DNA of 57,289 bases, counting the filler, from Sphacelaria rigidula (Eukaryota), in NCBI GenBank assembly GCA_964200075.2. It is 8 parts of 8 records of this genome, joined end to end, with 100 filler letters (N's around TTAATTAATTAA, not from the genome) between each part and the next. Parts side by side here need not be neighbours in the genome. Positions count along the whole stretch, not along the records: positions 28,697 to 35,770 come from CAXNAA020016627.1; positions 35,871 to 42,943 come from CAXNAA020016628.1; positions 43,044 to 50,116 come from CAXNAA020016629.1; 5 more parts are not named here. One strand, 5' to 3'. Below the pieces are notes generated by a model. It worked only from the letters and a program-made list of their open reading frames with translations. It was not told the DNA's origin and did not search any database. The translations under genes were made by a program, and so were the position numbers. This document shows positions 35,291-47,106 of the stretch, one piece after another. The stretch's first letter is position 1. Each line of letters opens with the position of its first letter.

Positions 35291-35870
35291 ACTACTATTT
35301 TTATTTGTCGTGCTGTGGACCCCTTCCCTTCCTCGAGACGAGTCCGTGGTCTCAAGGGATCAACCCATGTTTCCCCCGTCACAGGCACAGGAACAAGAAA
35401 ATCTGGAACGCTAGGAAAAGGGACGTGCGCCATGGCAAAAAAAAAACTGTAGCTGCTGCCGCTGTTGCTGCTGTCTTTTTCACATGAAAAATCGCTCCGA
35501 CGTCTGCGCAGTACTTCTTCTGTGCTGAACATCTGATACGGACGCCTTCCGTGGTTACAGGTGAACAACGAAAAACTATTTTAGGGAAATCAAACAAGTG
35601 AACCGGATTCCTCTAAAAGACCTCACATGCGCGGCTGCCAAGCGAGACACAACGAGTCGTGCTTCGTGATCGGGGTGGGGGGGGGGGGGGGGCAGCAAAG
35701 GAGATACAGAGACAGGCCCTAAAGGCACCGCAAATGCAAGAAATATACGATTGACTTTTCATCTTTCCAANNNNNNNNNNNNNNNNNNNNNNNNNNNNNN
35801 NNNNNNNNNNNNNNTTAATTAATTAANNNNNNNNNNNNNNNNNNNNNNNNNNNNNNNNNNNNNNNNNNNN

Positions 35871-35883
35871 GGGGGGGGGGGGG

Positions 35884-35937
<54 letters not shown>

Positions 35938-36370
35938 CTATTCATGATCTTGCACGTCGTGGTCATATGATCATTGAACTCGCATCCCCACAAAGCCTGG
36001 ATGGAGCACGCCGGGTGTTCGCCGGACCAGGCTAAGCGGATGGACGGGGGAGGGTGGGGGGGGGGGCGTACTCATTTGTCGCTTTCCTGCTTTCCTTAGT
36101 CACTTGACCATTGACCACGCATCCCTTTCGAGACGGAGCACCCTTCCTACTCCTGATGGAGACATCTCCAGAATTCGGGGGCTCATTACGTTTCTTCTGT
36201 ACATTACACAAAAAATTTCATTCACATATGAGCCGATCGGCGGGAGGGGGGGGGGGGGCGTACTAATTTGTTGCTTGCCTTTGTCGCTTGACCATTGACC
36301 ACGCATCCCGTTCGAGTCGGGGCATCGTTGTTACTGCTAATAGAGACACTTCCAAAATTTCGACGCTCAT
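35871..36370 (-). mobile_element. Poly-G tract followed by a SINE-A tail (35936-36033) and two LINE-B tails (36066-36230, 36258-36370), each abutting G-runs
   Basis: Family tail sequences are recognised directly. Confidence 0.78.
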
Positions 36371-37479
36371 AGGATGGGGTGGGTGGGGGGCGGATTCATG
36401 ACTCGTGGCTTTTGTAGTGTGTGTGAAGTTTTTCTAGTAATGCTTCCTCTTGGTGGACGCTTCCTTGACTTGCGTAAATATGAAAGACCAGGTTTTGGAT
36501 CGTGTTCACAAAGCCTATCGCACGTCGTATCATCATCGGATCTATTTGTTGATACTCCGTACTATTTTTTCAAATATTTCTTGCTCGACTCGACATGTGT
36601 CCTCTCTTCTTTTTTCCAAAGAAAAACAAAACATGAATGTAATGCCCCGGTTGATGATCCCTCCTTGTACCCGTACGTACCTTCATTCTGCAGGTCAGAG
36701 AAAACGAAGAACTTTTTTTATGTCCCTTTTTTGACATTAGTATCGCATGCACGACGCATATATACATATCTCAATACCAACAGCATCCTGAGTCCCGTAT
36801 CACAACCTAAAAGACACAACTGATGGATAAATTGGTATAAAGACTGTAAGGGTTCACTGATTGGGGGTTTCATACCGACAGAATGGGGTTGCAGTAGATG
36901 AGCCGCAATCTTTTCGCACGGCCTAATGTTTTCTACGACTGGGCATGAGCATGGCTTATGCGCAGGACCTCTTCCACTGACACCGTGTGGCAAAGGCCGG
37001 CCATATATATTTTCTCTTCTTTTTCTCTTTCTCGTCTGGGTTTGCTCTGTTGATCTGTTCTACTTTTTCTGTATTTTTTTTTACTATTCTTCTTCAGCGA
37101 GAATTCCAGGTTTGTTTTTTCTTGGGTAGGTCCACCACGTGACCACGGCTGGATCCCTGTGGGCTCAGTTGAAGTGCGACAATCGATCAATCAATCAGAA
37201 ATCAATCACTGGTAGATTGATAGACTTCTTGTAGACACGGACTGGCTGCTGGCTGACTGTTGACCTTCACTGCCTCGCACTAAACGATCTGCCACAAAAA
37301 TCAATCCAATCATCGTCTGAAGACGAACGCAGTACGGTCATGTGCGCACGTGCGCACCCAAGGCAAGGCAAATGAAACGGAAGCACTACGCACCCGCTGA
37401 TATCAAAATTTCCACCAGCAGATCGACCACGGACAAAGCATAGGAGTCCAAAGAATTAAAAAGAAAACAGTCATCTGAC

Positions 37480-37755
37480 CTGATTGATATTGCCGACGGC
37501 ATTCGCAGCAACTGGCGCGGCCGCCGGTGCCCCGGTCGCCGTAGACGTCCCTCCTCCCCCACTACCCCCAGCACTACTACCGCCGCCACCGCCGCCAGCA
37601 CTGCTGCTGCCACTGCTACCACCGCTGCTGCCGCCACCCGCCGGCTGTGCGATGCCATAGCGTGTGGTGAGCAGGGCGTAGAGCGCGGACTGAGCATCCT
37701 CTGAGGTAACGATCGATACCTCACGGGGGTGGTCCTTCAGCACGAAGAGTAGCGC
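37480..37755 (-). CDS. TRRAP: TRRAP/Tra1 (transformation/transcription domain-associated protein), internal exon
   Basis: atacag acceptor, CAG|gtcaga donor. ALLFVLKDHPREVSIVTSEDAQSALYALL matches TRRAP ALLFVMMDLTGEVSNGAVAMAKTTLEQLL. Confidence 0.85.
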
Positions 37756-37950
37756 CTGTATTTTTCGCCAGTCGTTTTATTTCATCGTGTCGGTTTTCAA
37801 GCAGTACATCACCAAGCAGGAATGGCGGGGAAGGAGGCGTTCGGGTTACAATTGCGTCATCTATGCTCAGAAAGACTTACCAGAATGAAATTTCTGAATA
37901 ATTACTTGTGACAAAAATTATACATATATTCGAAATGGGGGAGGGGGGGG

Positions 37951-38605
37951 CGCACTCATTTGTTGCTTGCCTTTTGAGACGGAGTACCGTTCCTGCTCCT
38001 AATAGAGACACCTCCAACATTCCGGCGCTCATCACGTTTCTTCCATACAAAACACAAAAACATTTTACATATCTTATCCCCGTCCTGGTTCGTCGTCTGT
38101 GTCCACCATCTATGTCCTAGAATAACCAACGTTTTCTCGCTACTGTCTAATGCATCAAACGACTTCATGCCACCTTCGTTCACGTCCCGAAACGGGGGAG
38201 GGGAGGTACTCATGATCTTGTATGACATAGCCATAGGACCACTGACCTCGCATCGCTACAAAGCCGAGACAGAGCACGCCGGACCAGGCTGGCAATCACC
38301 AAGGGCGAAGCGCCGTCATGTGTTCGGCAAGTCGCATGAAGGGTGACTTGCATCCTGCGAAAATTATTCGGTCTGAAGCGTACTAATTGTCTTGAATATG
38401 GATGACAACTTCGAATGAGATACGTCACTTTTCTGGTTTCGCCACTTCCAGAGATAACCGCAGGTAACACACTGCGTCATAGTTATCACGCCATTTCAAC
38501 ACTGCTGGTACGATCATACCCTCCGCGCGGAGTTGAGGTTCTCTCACCTCGCACAATATGATCTAATTCGACCACCATCATGGTTACCGCACAAAGAAAT
38601 CGCAA
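37951..38605 (-). mobile_element. LINE-B 3' fragment (37951-38190) and SINE-A copy (38194-38605) in a TRRAP intron
   Basis: Homology to other copies in the window. Confidence 0.8.
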
Positions 38606-38662
38606 GTATGGGCAGCTTTTTATGCTCACGTCCTCCCGCCCTCAACAGCGGGAAAAAAAAAA

Positions 38663-38730
38663 TGACGGCAATCGAACCCCCACTCTTACACCCTAATGGT
38701 GTCAGTTGGACCAGTAGACCACCGGGCCGC
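38663..38730 (-). mobile_element. tRNA-derived SINE head / pseudo-tRNA
   Basis: Minus strand reads GGCCCGGTGGTCTACTGG (A box)...GGGGGTTCGATTGCC (B box); the cloverleaf is incomplete. Confidence 0.4.
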
Positions 38731-39416
38731 CTTACAAAACGAAACAATAAGCGCGCCTCAAGTTTATTCGATTAAAAAGAGTCAACACGATACATAATTG
38801 ATGAAGAAGCAAGCAAGTACCCCGAAGATAAAGTCCGAGCAGAGCGTTCCCGCTGAAATTGCGGCGTACTCAAGGATCAAACTTTCCCCCCCCTAGGTGG
38901 TGGAGAGTGACACAATTCACCGGAACGGGGAGGGAAGGAGGGAAAATAACTAAAAAAATAAATCTACGAACACCCTTGATTTTTACCAGAAGAAAAATAA
39001 CTGAAAAACTAAATTTTCGGAAAATAATCGGAGCCCTCTCGATCCGCGGCGGAGGAGAACGGAAAATCCAGAGTGAGAAAATGGAACCCAACAAGATGAA
39101 CATCACAGGCGGGTGATGAAGCTAAACACACGCACGTAGGCGCTCGCCTGTCTGGGAGTGCGGATAGACCAACATAATATCGCGCCTGAGCCCCATTCGA
39201 CAAAGAAACGCAACCTGACAAATGAAGGAATACAGGGTTTGCCTCAAGACATAATAGTGCTCCTCCACTTCGCCGCCGCTGCATGAGCTAACAGTCGAAG
39301 GCACGCACGCCATCGGCGAAGTCGTTTGTCTGTAGCAGTGTGCAAGCTGCGACTAAATGTGCCACCCCATCTCGCTCCCGCCTCCTTACCCTCCCACCAA
39401 TAAAAAATGATTGGCA

Positions 39417-39418
39417 AT

Positions 39419-39461
<43 letters not shown>
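39417..39461. repeat. (AAC)n microsatellite
   Basis: Read directly from the sequence. Confidence 0.95.
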
Positions 39462-39467
<6 letters not shown>

Positions 39468-39697
39468 GGATACGATCACGACAAAAAGCACGGTATGGTG
39501 CTGTACTGCACTGTACAATACCGTACAGGACAGCTCCAGAACATTCCTTTCATCTCAGCAGCGACAGGAACAGCAACAGCACCAACACCGTGATTATATC
39601 ACAAAATGCCCTGGCCGCGGCCCATTTATGCACAGACATATCGATCCCCTCACGCACCCACACCAACACAGATACACATAGAAACACACACACACAC

Positions 39698-39983
39698 CTT
39701 CATGAGCTTGAACTCGAAAGCCCGCGCCGTCTGCCAGTTCATCACCGCGCATGCCGTCCTGATCCCGCGACACGCGCTGATCTTCCGACGCCACTGCTTC
39801 TCGAAGCAACCCTTGCTCAGGCTCTCGAATAGGCTGTGCATCAGCACCCTGCCTTGCCACGGCGGCCGTGCGGACGGTGCTAGATCCGGCGGCGCTGCCT
39901 TTCCGGCGGTGGCGCCGGCGCCGGCGGGAACCGTAGAGGGGGCGCTCGAAGGGTCTTTCATGCCGGAGTGCTCGACGATGAAT
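39698..39983 (-). CDS. TRRAP: TRRAP/Tra1 internal exon
   Basis: ctgcag acceptor (phase 2), AAG|gtgtgt donor. LSKGCFEKQWRRKISACRGIRTACAVMNWQ matches TRRAP LCYERAWYAKLGGVVSIKFLMERLPLTW. Confidence 0.85.
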
Positions 39984-40195
39984 CTGCAGTGCGAGTGTTC
40001 TCGTTATTTGCATGAGTGGAGACGACAACAACCACAGCAGCAGCAGCAGCAGCAACGATAACAACAACAATAGCAAGTCAGCGACTGAGCGAGTGCTCCG
40101 CGATCATACACGACAACTTTATTTGAAAACCCGATTATATGGCTCCGGGATCACGCCTAGCCGCTAACCATGCTACGGGGGACGGGGGACGGGGG

Positions 40196-40275
40196 CGTAC
40201 TCATTTGTTGCTTGCCTTAGTCATTTGACCATTGACCACGCATCCCTTTCGAGACAGAGCACCGTTCCTACTCCT
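40196..40275 (-). mobile_element. LINE-B 3' tail with 13-bp TSD CGGGGGACGGGGG
   Basis: The same G-rich word directly precedes and follows the fragment. Confidence 0.8.
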
Positions 40276-40723
40276 CGGGGGACGGGGGGGGGGGCGGAAA
40301 CACTGAAATATAGACAAATCTTATTCTTGAAAGTGTAGGGGAAAGGATTTCGTGACGCTGAGCGCTTCAAATGCCAAGACGAACAGCGAAATAACACAGT
40401 AAACACGAATACACGAATAAAAATAGAAAACCTCACTCCGAGTGCAGACATACCGACCACAGTCATCCTCTAACAACCCATGTGGACACGAAGATCCACG
40501 CGCGAGCCACATTTTCCTCGACGACACAAAACAGCACCTGCAGCACATAACCCCCTCCCCCCCCCTCGAAAGAAAAAAACAAGAAACAAGAAACAAGAAA
40601 CAAGACTTTGACACGCAAGCCTCCGACAGGCCCATACGCGTCGCACAAGCCGGTTCAATGGACGACAGAATATCAAGAAACAAAAAAAAAGAAAAAAAAA
40701 CGGTTCGAGCCCAAATAACCCAC

Positions 40724-40891
40724 TCGATCAACCCAGACGCCACGGCCTGGACATCCTTGCGCACATCGCTCAGCCCGTCGACAATGGCCTCCGTTATTTC
40801 GACGGGACTCGTAACCCTCTTCCCCCGCAAGTGCTCCATCACGGCCTCCAGCGGCGAAAACGTCACGTCCATCTTCGGGTCTTGCATCCCT

Positions 40892-40927
<36 letters not shown>

Positions 40928-41271
40928 CCGCCCACCCCGCCCGTCGGCGCCCTGCCGGACGACCCCGCGGTACCGGCGGCCGCTGCAGCGGGGGGCGACG
41001 GTTTGACCACCGCCTGGTCTAAATCCGCGAACCCATGTGGTAACACAGTACCACCAGGAGCGCTCGGCCCCGTTGCCGCCGCTGCCGTTGGCGGAGTTGT
41101 TGGTTGCAATATCGGCGTCGGGGTCGGCGGCTTCGGCGGCGGCGGTGGTGGCGTGGTGAGCCGTATGCAGTCTAGTATTATGCCATGTAGGACGGGTAGG
41201 GCGGTGTGCTTGAGGTCCAGGTCCGAGGCGGACACGATGAGGGCGCCGATTCCCTTGGATATGACGCGAGC
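40724..41271 (-). CDS. TRRAP: TRRAP/Tra1 internal exon
   Basis: ctgcag acceptor, GA|gtgggt donor in phase with the next exon. IGALIVSASDLDLKHTALPVLHGII and SPVEITEAIVDGLSDVRKDV match TRRAP GAFMSAVIKDLRPSALPFV and DPLVLIDAIAICMAYEEKEL. Confidence 0.82.
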
Positions 41272-42247
41272 CTGCAGGACAGGGGTGGTCCACGCGGGGG
41301 CGGGGAAGGATCATCAACACAGGGACTAAGTACCCTTTTCTTGGTTTGCCGGACTGATGAGGGTACATGATATTGATGAAAAAGCAAGTAGCTGGAACAT
41401 GAATTTCGAACAACTCGCTGAATTAAACTTGCGTCATGTGAGCTCTGGGGCCAAAATCCTATTCCTGCACAATGGCAAACGACACAATCTAGATTAACGG
41501 GAAAGATGGACCACAGGGGAAGTAGAAAGTATTATCAGTAAGTGTTGAAAAAAATGCAAAAAATAGGAAGGAACCAGTACTTCGCGTACCACAGCGATGT
41601 ACAAGAGGTTGGACACAGTTGGAGTTGAAACAGTCGCAAGGTTAAGGGCAAGGGGCAACTTCGGGGTGTGAAACTTCTGGGGCATACGGCAAAAGGGCTT
41701 CCTCCAAAAAAGATGTTCCCTGGCGAACGCTGCCTCATGAACCTACACTGCTGCTTGTGTCGCAGCAGGGAGTCGAGTAACGAACACCCGACAAGCAAAT
41801 TAGACCTTAACCTTCTTCCAACCCTAACCCAGAGCCACTAGCCACAACCCAACGCCACGCTGAACGCTCCACTCGAAACCTTCAAAATACTGCCAAGTGC
41901 GGTCCACACAACTGTCCCCTAACCTACAGTTCTTATGCACAGGTTGTACTCGAAATGCACTTTGTGCCCCATATGCAGTTCAGAAGGCACGAAACAAAGA
42001 GACCAACCCCAAGAGGCTAACTGCACAGCATGTAACGACAATCGTGCAAACTGCTACTCCAACTACTCCAACTACTCCAACTACTACGCGCACGGCAAGG
42101 GGTATACTGCTTTGTTAACTGGTTGATTGTCGCACATGAAGTGATGAAGAGAGAGCTAGACGTAGCCAAGAGGTAAACGAAAAGGAAATTCTGGTGGAAT
42201 AAAAGTAAACAAACAAAAATGCACAACAGACAAAACAGAGCACACTG

Positions 42248-42729
42248 AGGCCGCTCGTCATAACAGACAAAAAACAAAAATCTGGAAAAGTGCCTTTTTG
42301 GAGCTTTTACGTCGTTCTACGCCCCCAAAGAGAGCTGGGCGGAGTTTGACACCTTGGAATGACTTGCTCCTCTAGTTGAGGTGGTTCCCGTACATCTTCC
42401 CGTTTTCCGGTGGCCGTAGTTTTCATTTTGGCCCAAAAAGATTTTTTGTCGACGAACGGTGAAAAACAGTCAAATCCAGAAAAAATCGCCACTTTTCTCT
42501 GGACTTGACTGTTTTATACCGTTCATGGACAAAAATTCTTGTGAGGTCAAAATGAAAACTGCGGCCACCGGAAAACGGGAAGATGTTCTGGAACCGCCTC
42601 AACTAGAGGAGCAAGTCATTCCACGGTGTCAAACTCCGCCTGGCTTTCTTGTGGGGCGAAAACCGACGTGAAAGCTCCAGAAGGGCACTTTTCCAGATCA
42701 ATATTTTTGTCTACTATAAGAAGCGGCCT
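42248..42729. mobile_element. Foldback element (~480 bp near-perfect palindrome)
   Basis: AGGCCGC...ATCTGGAAAAGTGCC...GGAATGACTTGCTCCTCTAGTTGAGG pairs with CCTCAACTAGAGGAGCAAGTCATTCC...GGCACTTTTCCAGAT...GCGGCCT. Confidence 0.85.
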
Positions 42730-43423
42730 GAAAGAAAGAACGAAAGAAAGACAGAAGACAAAAACAAAAGAACTGTAAATGGGTGGCCTCTGCACATACA
42801 CGGCTTCACGTAGAAAAGGCCTTGAACAACAACAGCACATGCACGCATACCCAATTGAAAAAAAAAAAAGACCTGGAAGCGGAACGCGGCTGCGCAACTT
42901 CCGACGCAAGATATAGGTAGAGAGAGGGCAAAGACCACACAGANNNNNNNNNNNNNNNNNNNNNNNNNNNNNNNNNNNNNNNNNNNNTTAATTAATTAAN
43001 NNNNNNNNNNNNNNNNNNNNNNNNNNNNNNNNNNNNNNNNNNNTTCATTCACTGATTGACCGCTTTTCACTCTCAATCGTATCATCTACTCTCAATCTCA
43101 CGAAAACACTGTTTCTTCCAGAAGGGCACCAAGACAGCCCTCAGTTGTGGTGTGAAAATACATACGATGAGCAGAAGCTGGAAAGAGCACGATGAGAGTT
43201 GGTCCCTAAGCAGCCTTCAGAGTAGCTGGGGGAAAACAATACACCACACGAAGGATCATAATATAATAATGTAGCTCAACTTGTTGAAGCTCTCAAGTAT
43301 GTTACATTCTGCGCCGTACCCAAAGGGACCGGTAACGTTACATCCCGTTGTAAGCAGGGGCTCTTGATTCCAAATCGAAACACCAGTCTCCCCTTTGCAA
43401 CCCGATCTTAGACGATCACTATT

Positions 43424-45500
43424 ATGACTCGTAACAACGCATCATCACCCACCAGGTATACAGATGCGCCCATAGGGCTATCCTATGCAGCAGCCCGCGT
43501 TAGAGTCGCAGCCAGAGTAAACGGTACCCTCGCTGGAAATAAACACAATCAATTCCGCAGCAGATGCACCGTATATCAGCAGGCCACCATGGCTGCCGAT
43601 GATACAAAACCAGTACCGCCAGGTCTCATCGATTTCACAAGCGCGGATGGTTCCCCCATAAAAAATCCGAGGGTTCCGGCATAAGCTGGCAGTACTAGTT
43701 GGAAAGAAAAAAAATATCGGTCAACAACCGAGTGATAAAAGTCACCTCACAACAGCTGTGGTGGAGCCACACATAATAACCGATGAAGATACTTGATCGC
43801 CTTATGTACCTCAAGCACTCACGTGTATCATTGCTTCAAGAACTGCGTGCATGTAGTCGACGAATAAAACGGAAATGATACAAACCGCCAACCCATTGGG
43901 CCGGCAGGTAAACCCCGATAAAACTTCATGATAATGATGAGAGACAAAGCCGGAGGAACTTTATGTTATTCCGGACACCCGCACGACTGTTTACGCTACT
44001 ACAACTATGTGGTAATGTGCCAAAAGACCATGTGCTACAAATAGCTGAGCCGCAGATCACCGTCAAATATCAACTAAGAAAATAGACTGTTTGAAGCCAG
44101 TTCAAAGCGACCGAGAGCTGTCAGCCAACCGGCCAGAATGTGCCAATGGGTCACGTTCCGATTGGACGGCTATACGAGAGAGCGCCGGCAAACCCAGTCG
44201 AACGAAAAACAACTTCGATGTCAAATGCTAGGATACTAAATACGTGCTGTACGTACAGGGGACCAACTCACAAGGTAGGCTTTGCTCATTCCGGTGCCAA
44301 CCCCCCCCCCTCAATCACATCAAGATAGCCAAAGCTATAGTTGACAGAATCTTTATTGCATTTGGCACCCCGGGATAGCTGCGTATGAATTAAAGAAGCG
44401 AAATCGGGAACAAGCTGACACACGCATGGTAACGGGAGCTGGGTTCCAATAAGCCTCGCACGGCACTTTTACACCCGCAAAGTAGCTTAGTGTCGGAACG
44501 GATCCACTCCACTATGCACGTGATGTTAGCTAGGCTTAGGTGAATGTGAAAACAAAATTGGGCACCCATACTTCCGTTCATCCAAATGGTGTACAACGCA
44601 TCCTATCACAGTACAGTACAGGAGATACCATAATTTTTATTGTTCGGAAGATAGCCCAGATTACCAATTGACATTATAGTCAGCATACCTGAAGAGCCAA
44701 GCAGCAACACCCGGAGAAATTTCCGAGGGAACACGGAAAACGTACAGTTAACACGGGGTCTTTTAAATTGGGGATGGATCATTTATTGGGGATGAGAAAC
44801 CCGGAGGATTAAAATCTTCGTATCCGCACCAAATATTCGAAATATGGTTCCATTTCTTCACCTACTGATTGCTATTGACAACTGCAACACGCCATAGAAA
44901 TTTGGATTTCGAACACCGAAATGTTGGGGTCCTAGGTGAAAAAACAGTTTTGTGGAATTCCGGGTGTCCGAGCGGACGCCAAAATAGTTCCGAAATGTTT
45001 TTTTCACCTAGGACCCCAACATTTCGTTGATCGAAATCCAAATTTCTATGGCGTGTAGCAGTCGTCAATAGCAATCAGTAGGTGAAGAAATGGAACCATA
45101 TTTAGAATATTTGGTGCGGATACGAAGATTGTTTCTCATCCCCAATAAATGATCCATTCCCAATTTGTAAGATCCCGTGTTAGTTTGGATTGAAATTGCG
45201 AGACAAGCCCTACGAGAAGAGCGATCGAGCAAGAAAACAAGAACAAATTCAATATTTTCACGGTGTTCAAACATGGTCAAAAGGTACGCTTGTACCCACC
45301 ACACCAGGACTCAAGAAGGCCGAGCCTGAAACTCCGATTTACATGGGGAGGACCTTTCATGGTAACCGAGAGAAGATCACCGGTTACGTACGTAATCAAA
45401 ATAGGCGACGACTCTAGAGAAACGTCAGTACATCTCGCTCATAGGAAGAAATATCAACCGCGAGGAACAGCGCCGGCACCGGACTTTGACAAAGAGTTAG
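43424..45500 (+). pseudogene. Highly decayed Ty3/gypsy pol (protease-like remnant, integrase start and GPF C-terminus)
   Basis: VRVAARVNG...; PMGHVPIGRLYER; FKHGQKVRLY...KLRFTWGGPFMV...VTYVI...VHLAHRKKY. Confidence 0.65.
44750..45181. mobile_element. Foldback MITE (432 bp) with 4-bp TSD, same family as 12483-12906
   Basis: Ends AACACGGG...CCCGTGTT; TSD AGTT; shares CACCAAATATTCGAAATATG and CACCTAGGACCC with the 12.5-kb copy. Confidence 0.88.
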
Positions 45501-46082
45501 CTCACATCACGACTCGGAATCCACAACTACAGGGAAACAGAAACGGATGTGACTGTTCAACAGACTGTTTGAACGTCTTAGCAAAATGCTCAAAGGTTGA
45601 CCAGTAACCCGAGATCAAAATTCGGAGATTAATGATACCCAAAAGCTACAGTCCAACAGTTGACCTACGCTGCCGAGCTGACGAAGCAACACAAAGTGGA
45701 CACCTCCTCGATATATACCGTCATGACAACGGGTTAGCAAAGCGCTCACATCCGGAGTCGAAATCCAAAAATATCGGGTAACGGAAACGGATGTGATTGT
45801 TCAACAGACTGTTCGAGCGTCCTAGCAAAGCGCTTAAGGGTTGAGCAGTAGCCCGGGATCAAAATTCGGAGATCAAGGAGAGTCACAAGAGAAGAAAACA
45901 ATAACGACGATCAGAACAATGCAGACATGAACGGAAAAATATCCGACATGTCAACGGTGACTGGAGTGCAACTTCCCAAGGAAGATAACCTCTCAGCAAT
46001 CGGGGTAGTGCTGATCATTTTGACGATGGATAGACAAGAAAGCACAATGCTTACACGCCGAAAACATCGTATGCAGCGCTTT

Positions 46083-46850
46083 GTTACTAACACGAGGACG
46101 TTGTACTATTCAGGTGTCAGTGGAACCGAAGGTATCCCAGAACCCGGGCATGAAAAACCCAGGCGCCCGTGGACCGATCAGTGTCCCAGTGCCCAGGCAT
46201 GTAGAGACAACAGATGCATCCAGCACCAAAGTGCAACGCATCTTGTGGATTATCACATGGAACACACGTATATGCCACAAAATGATACGAAGCAAGGAAC
46301 ATGTCGATGTCTCACCAAAGAGCACAATGCTCGCAAGATAAACATTAGACCCACCGCTTTGGTACTAACGCGAAGACTTTGTCCTATACTCAGGTGTCAG
46401 TGGAACCGAAGGTATCCCAGAACCCGGGCAGAAATACCTCAAGCGCCCGTGGTCCGGTCCGTGTCCCAGTGCCTAGTCAGGTATACCTAACTGATGCAGC
46501 CGGCACCAGAGTGCAAAAAGCATCCCATCGAAAATATGTCACTCATGATGCATCTATTTGACACAATACAAGAAGCAAAGATCATTTTGACCACGTTTGG
46601 ACAAAAGAGCACAATGCTCACAGGTGAAGAAAAAAAATACATATATGTATCTGCAACACCGCCGTGTTACTAACCCGAGACTTAACCCTACTCAGGTGTT
46701 CGCGGAACCAACGGCATCCCAGAACCCGGGCAGGGATAACCCAGGCGCCCGTGGACCGATCAGTGTCCTAGTGCCCAGTCATGCATACCAGCAGATGAAA
46801 CTAGCACACAAGTGCAAATATATCTGATGGAAACATGTCACATATGACAG
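46083..46850 (+). repeat. Three tandem ~280-305-bp repeats in the gypsy 3' region
   Basis: TCAGGTGT...GGAACC...ATCCCAGAACCCGGGCA...GCGCCCGTGG in units starting at about 46083, 46361 and 46666. Confidence 0.85.
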
Positions 46851-47106
46851 CTACATGACAGAAAAAAAATAGAGGGTTTGGAATACATGCACTGTTCCTG
46901 ACCAAAGGTAGCTAAATTTTACTGGGGGTGTTTGCTCAATACCACAGTATAGAGAAGGGCTACCTTTGCGATTAGTGGTGGCGTGACTCAAACAATGATC
47001 GTCACTCAAAGAAACCTCCATGACTATATCATCAGCGAAGCTGATGATCGCCTCGTCCCACCAGCCATAGCCTCGGTGGGCTCGAGGCGCATAAAGGGGG
47101 GGGATA

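Noticed and set aside
35128..35568. Poly-Ile/Met ORFs (also 27640-28305, 39244-39518, 51887-52120)
   Set aside because: They are translations of microsatellites with no domain content.
40442..41413. Long ORFs 40442-41329 (+) and 40673-41413 (-)
   Set aside because: They are antisense or alternative-frame shadows of the GC-rich TRRAP exon.
41686..41752. Possible further upstream TRRAP exon (QQCRFMRQRSPGNIFFGGSPFA)
   Set aside because: The splice sites are plausible but I cannot recognise TRRAP similarity, so support is insufficient.
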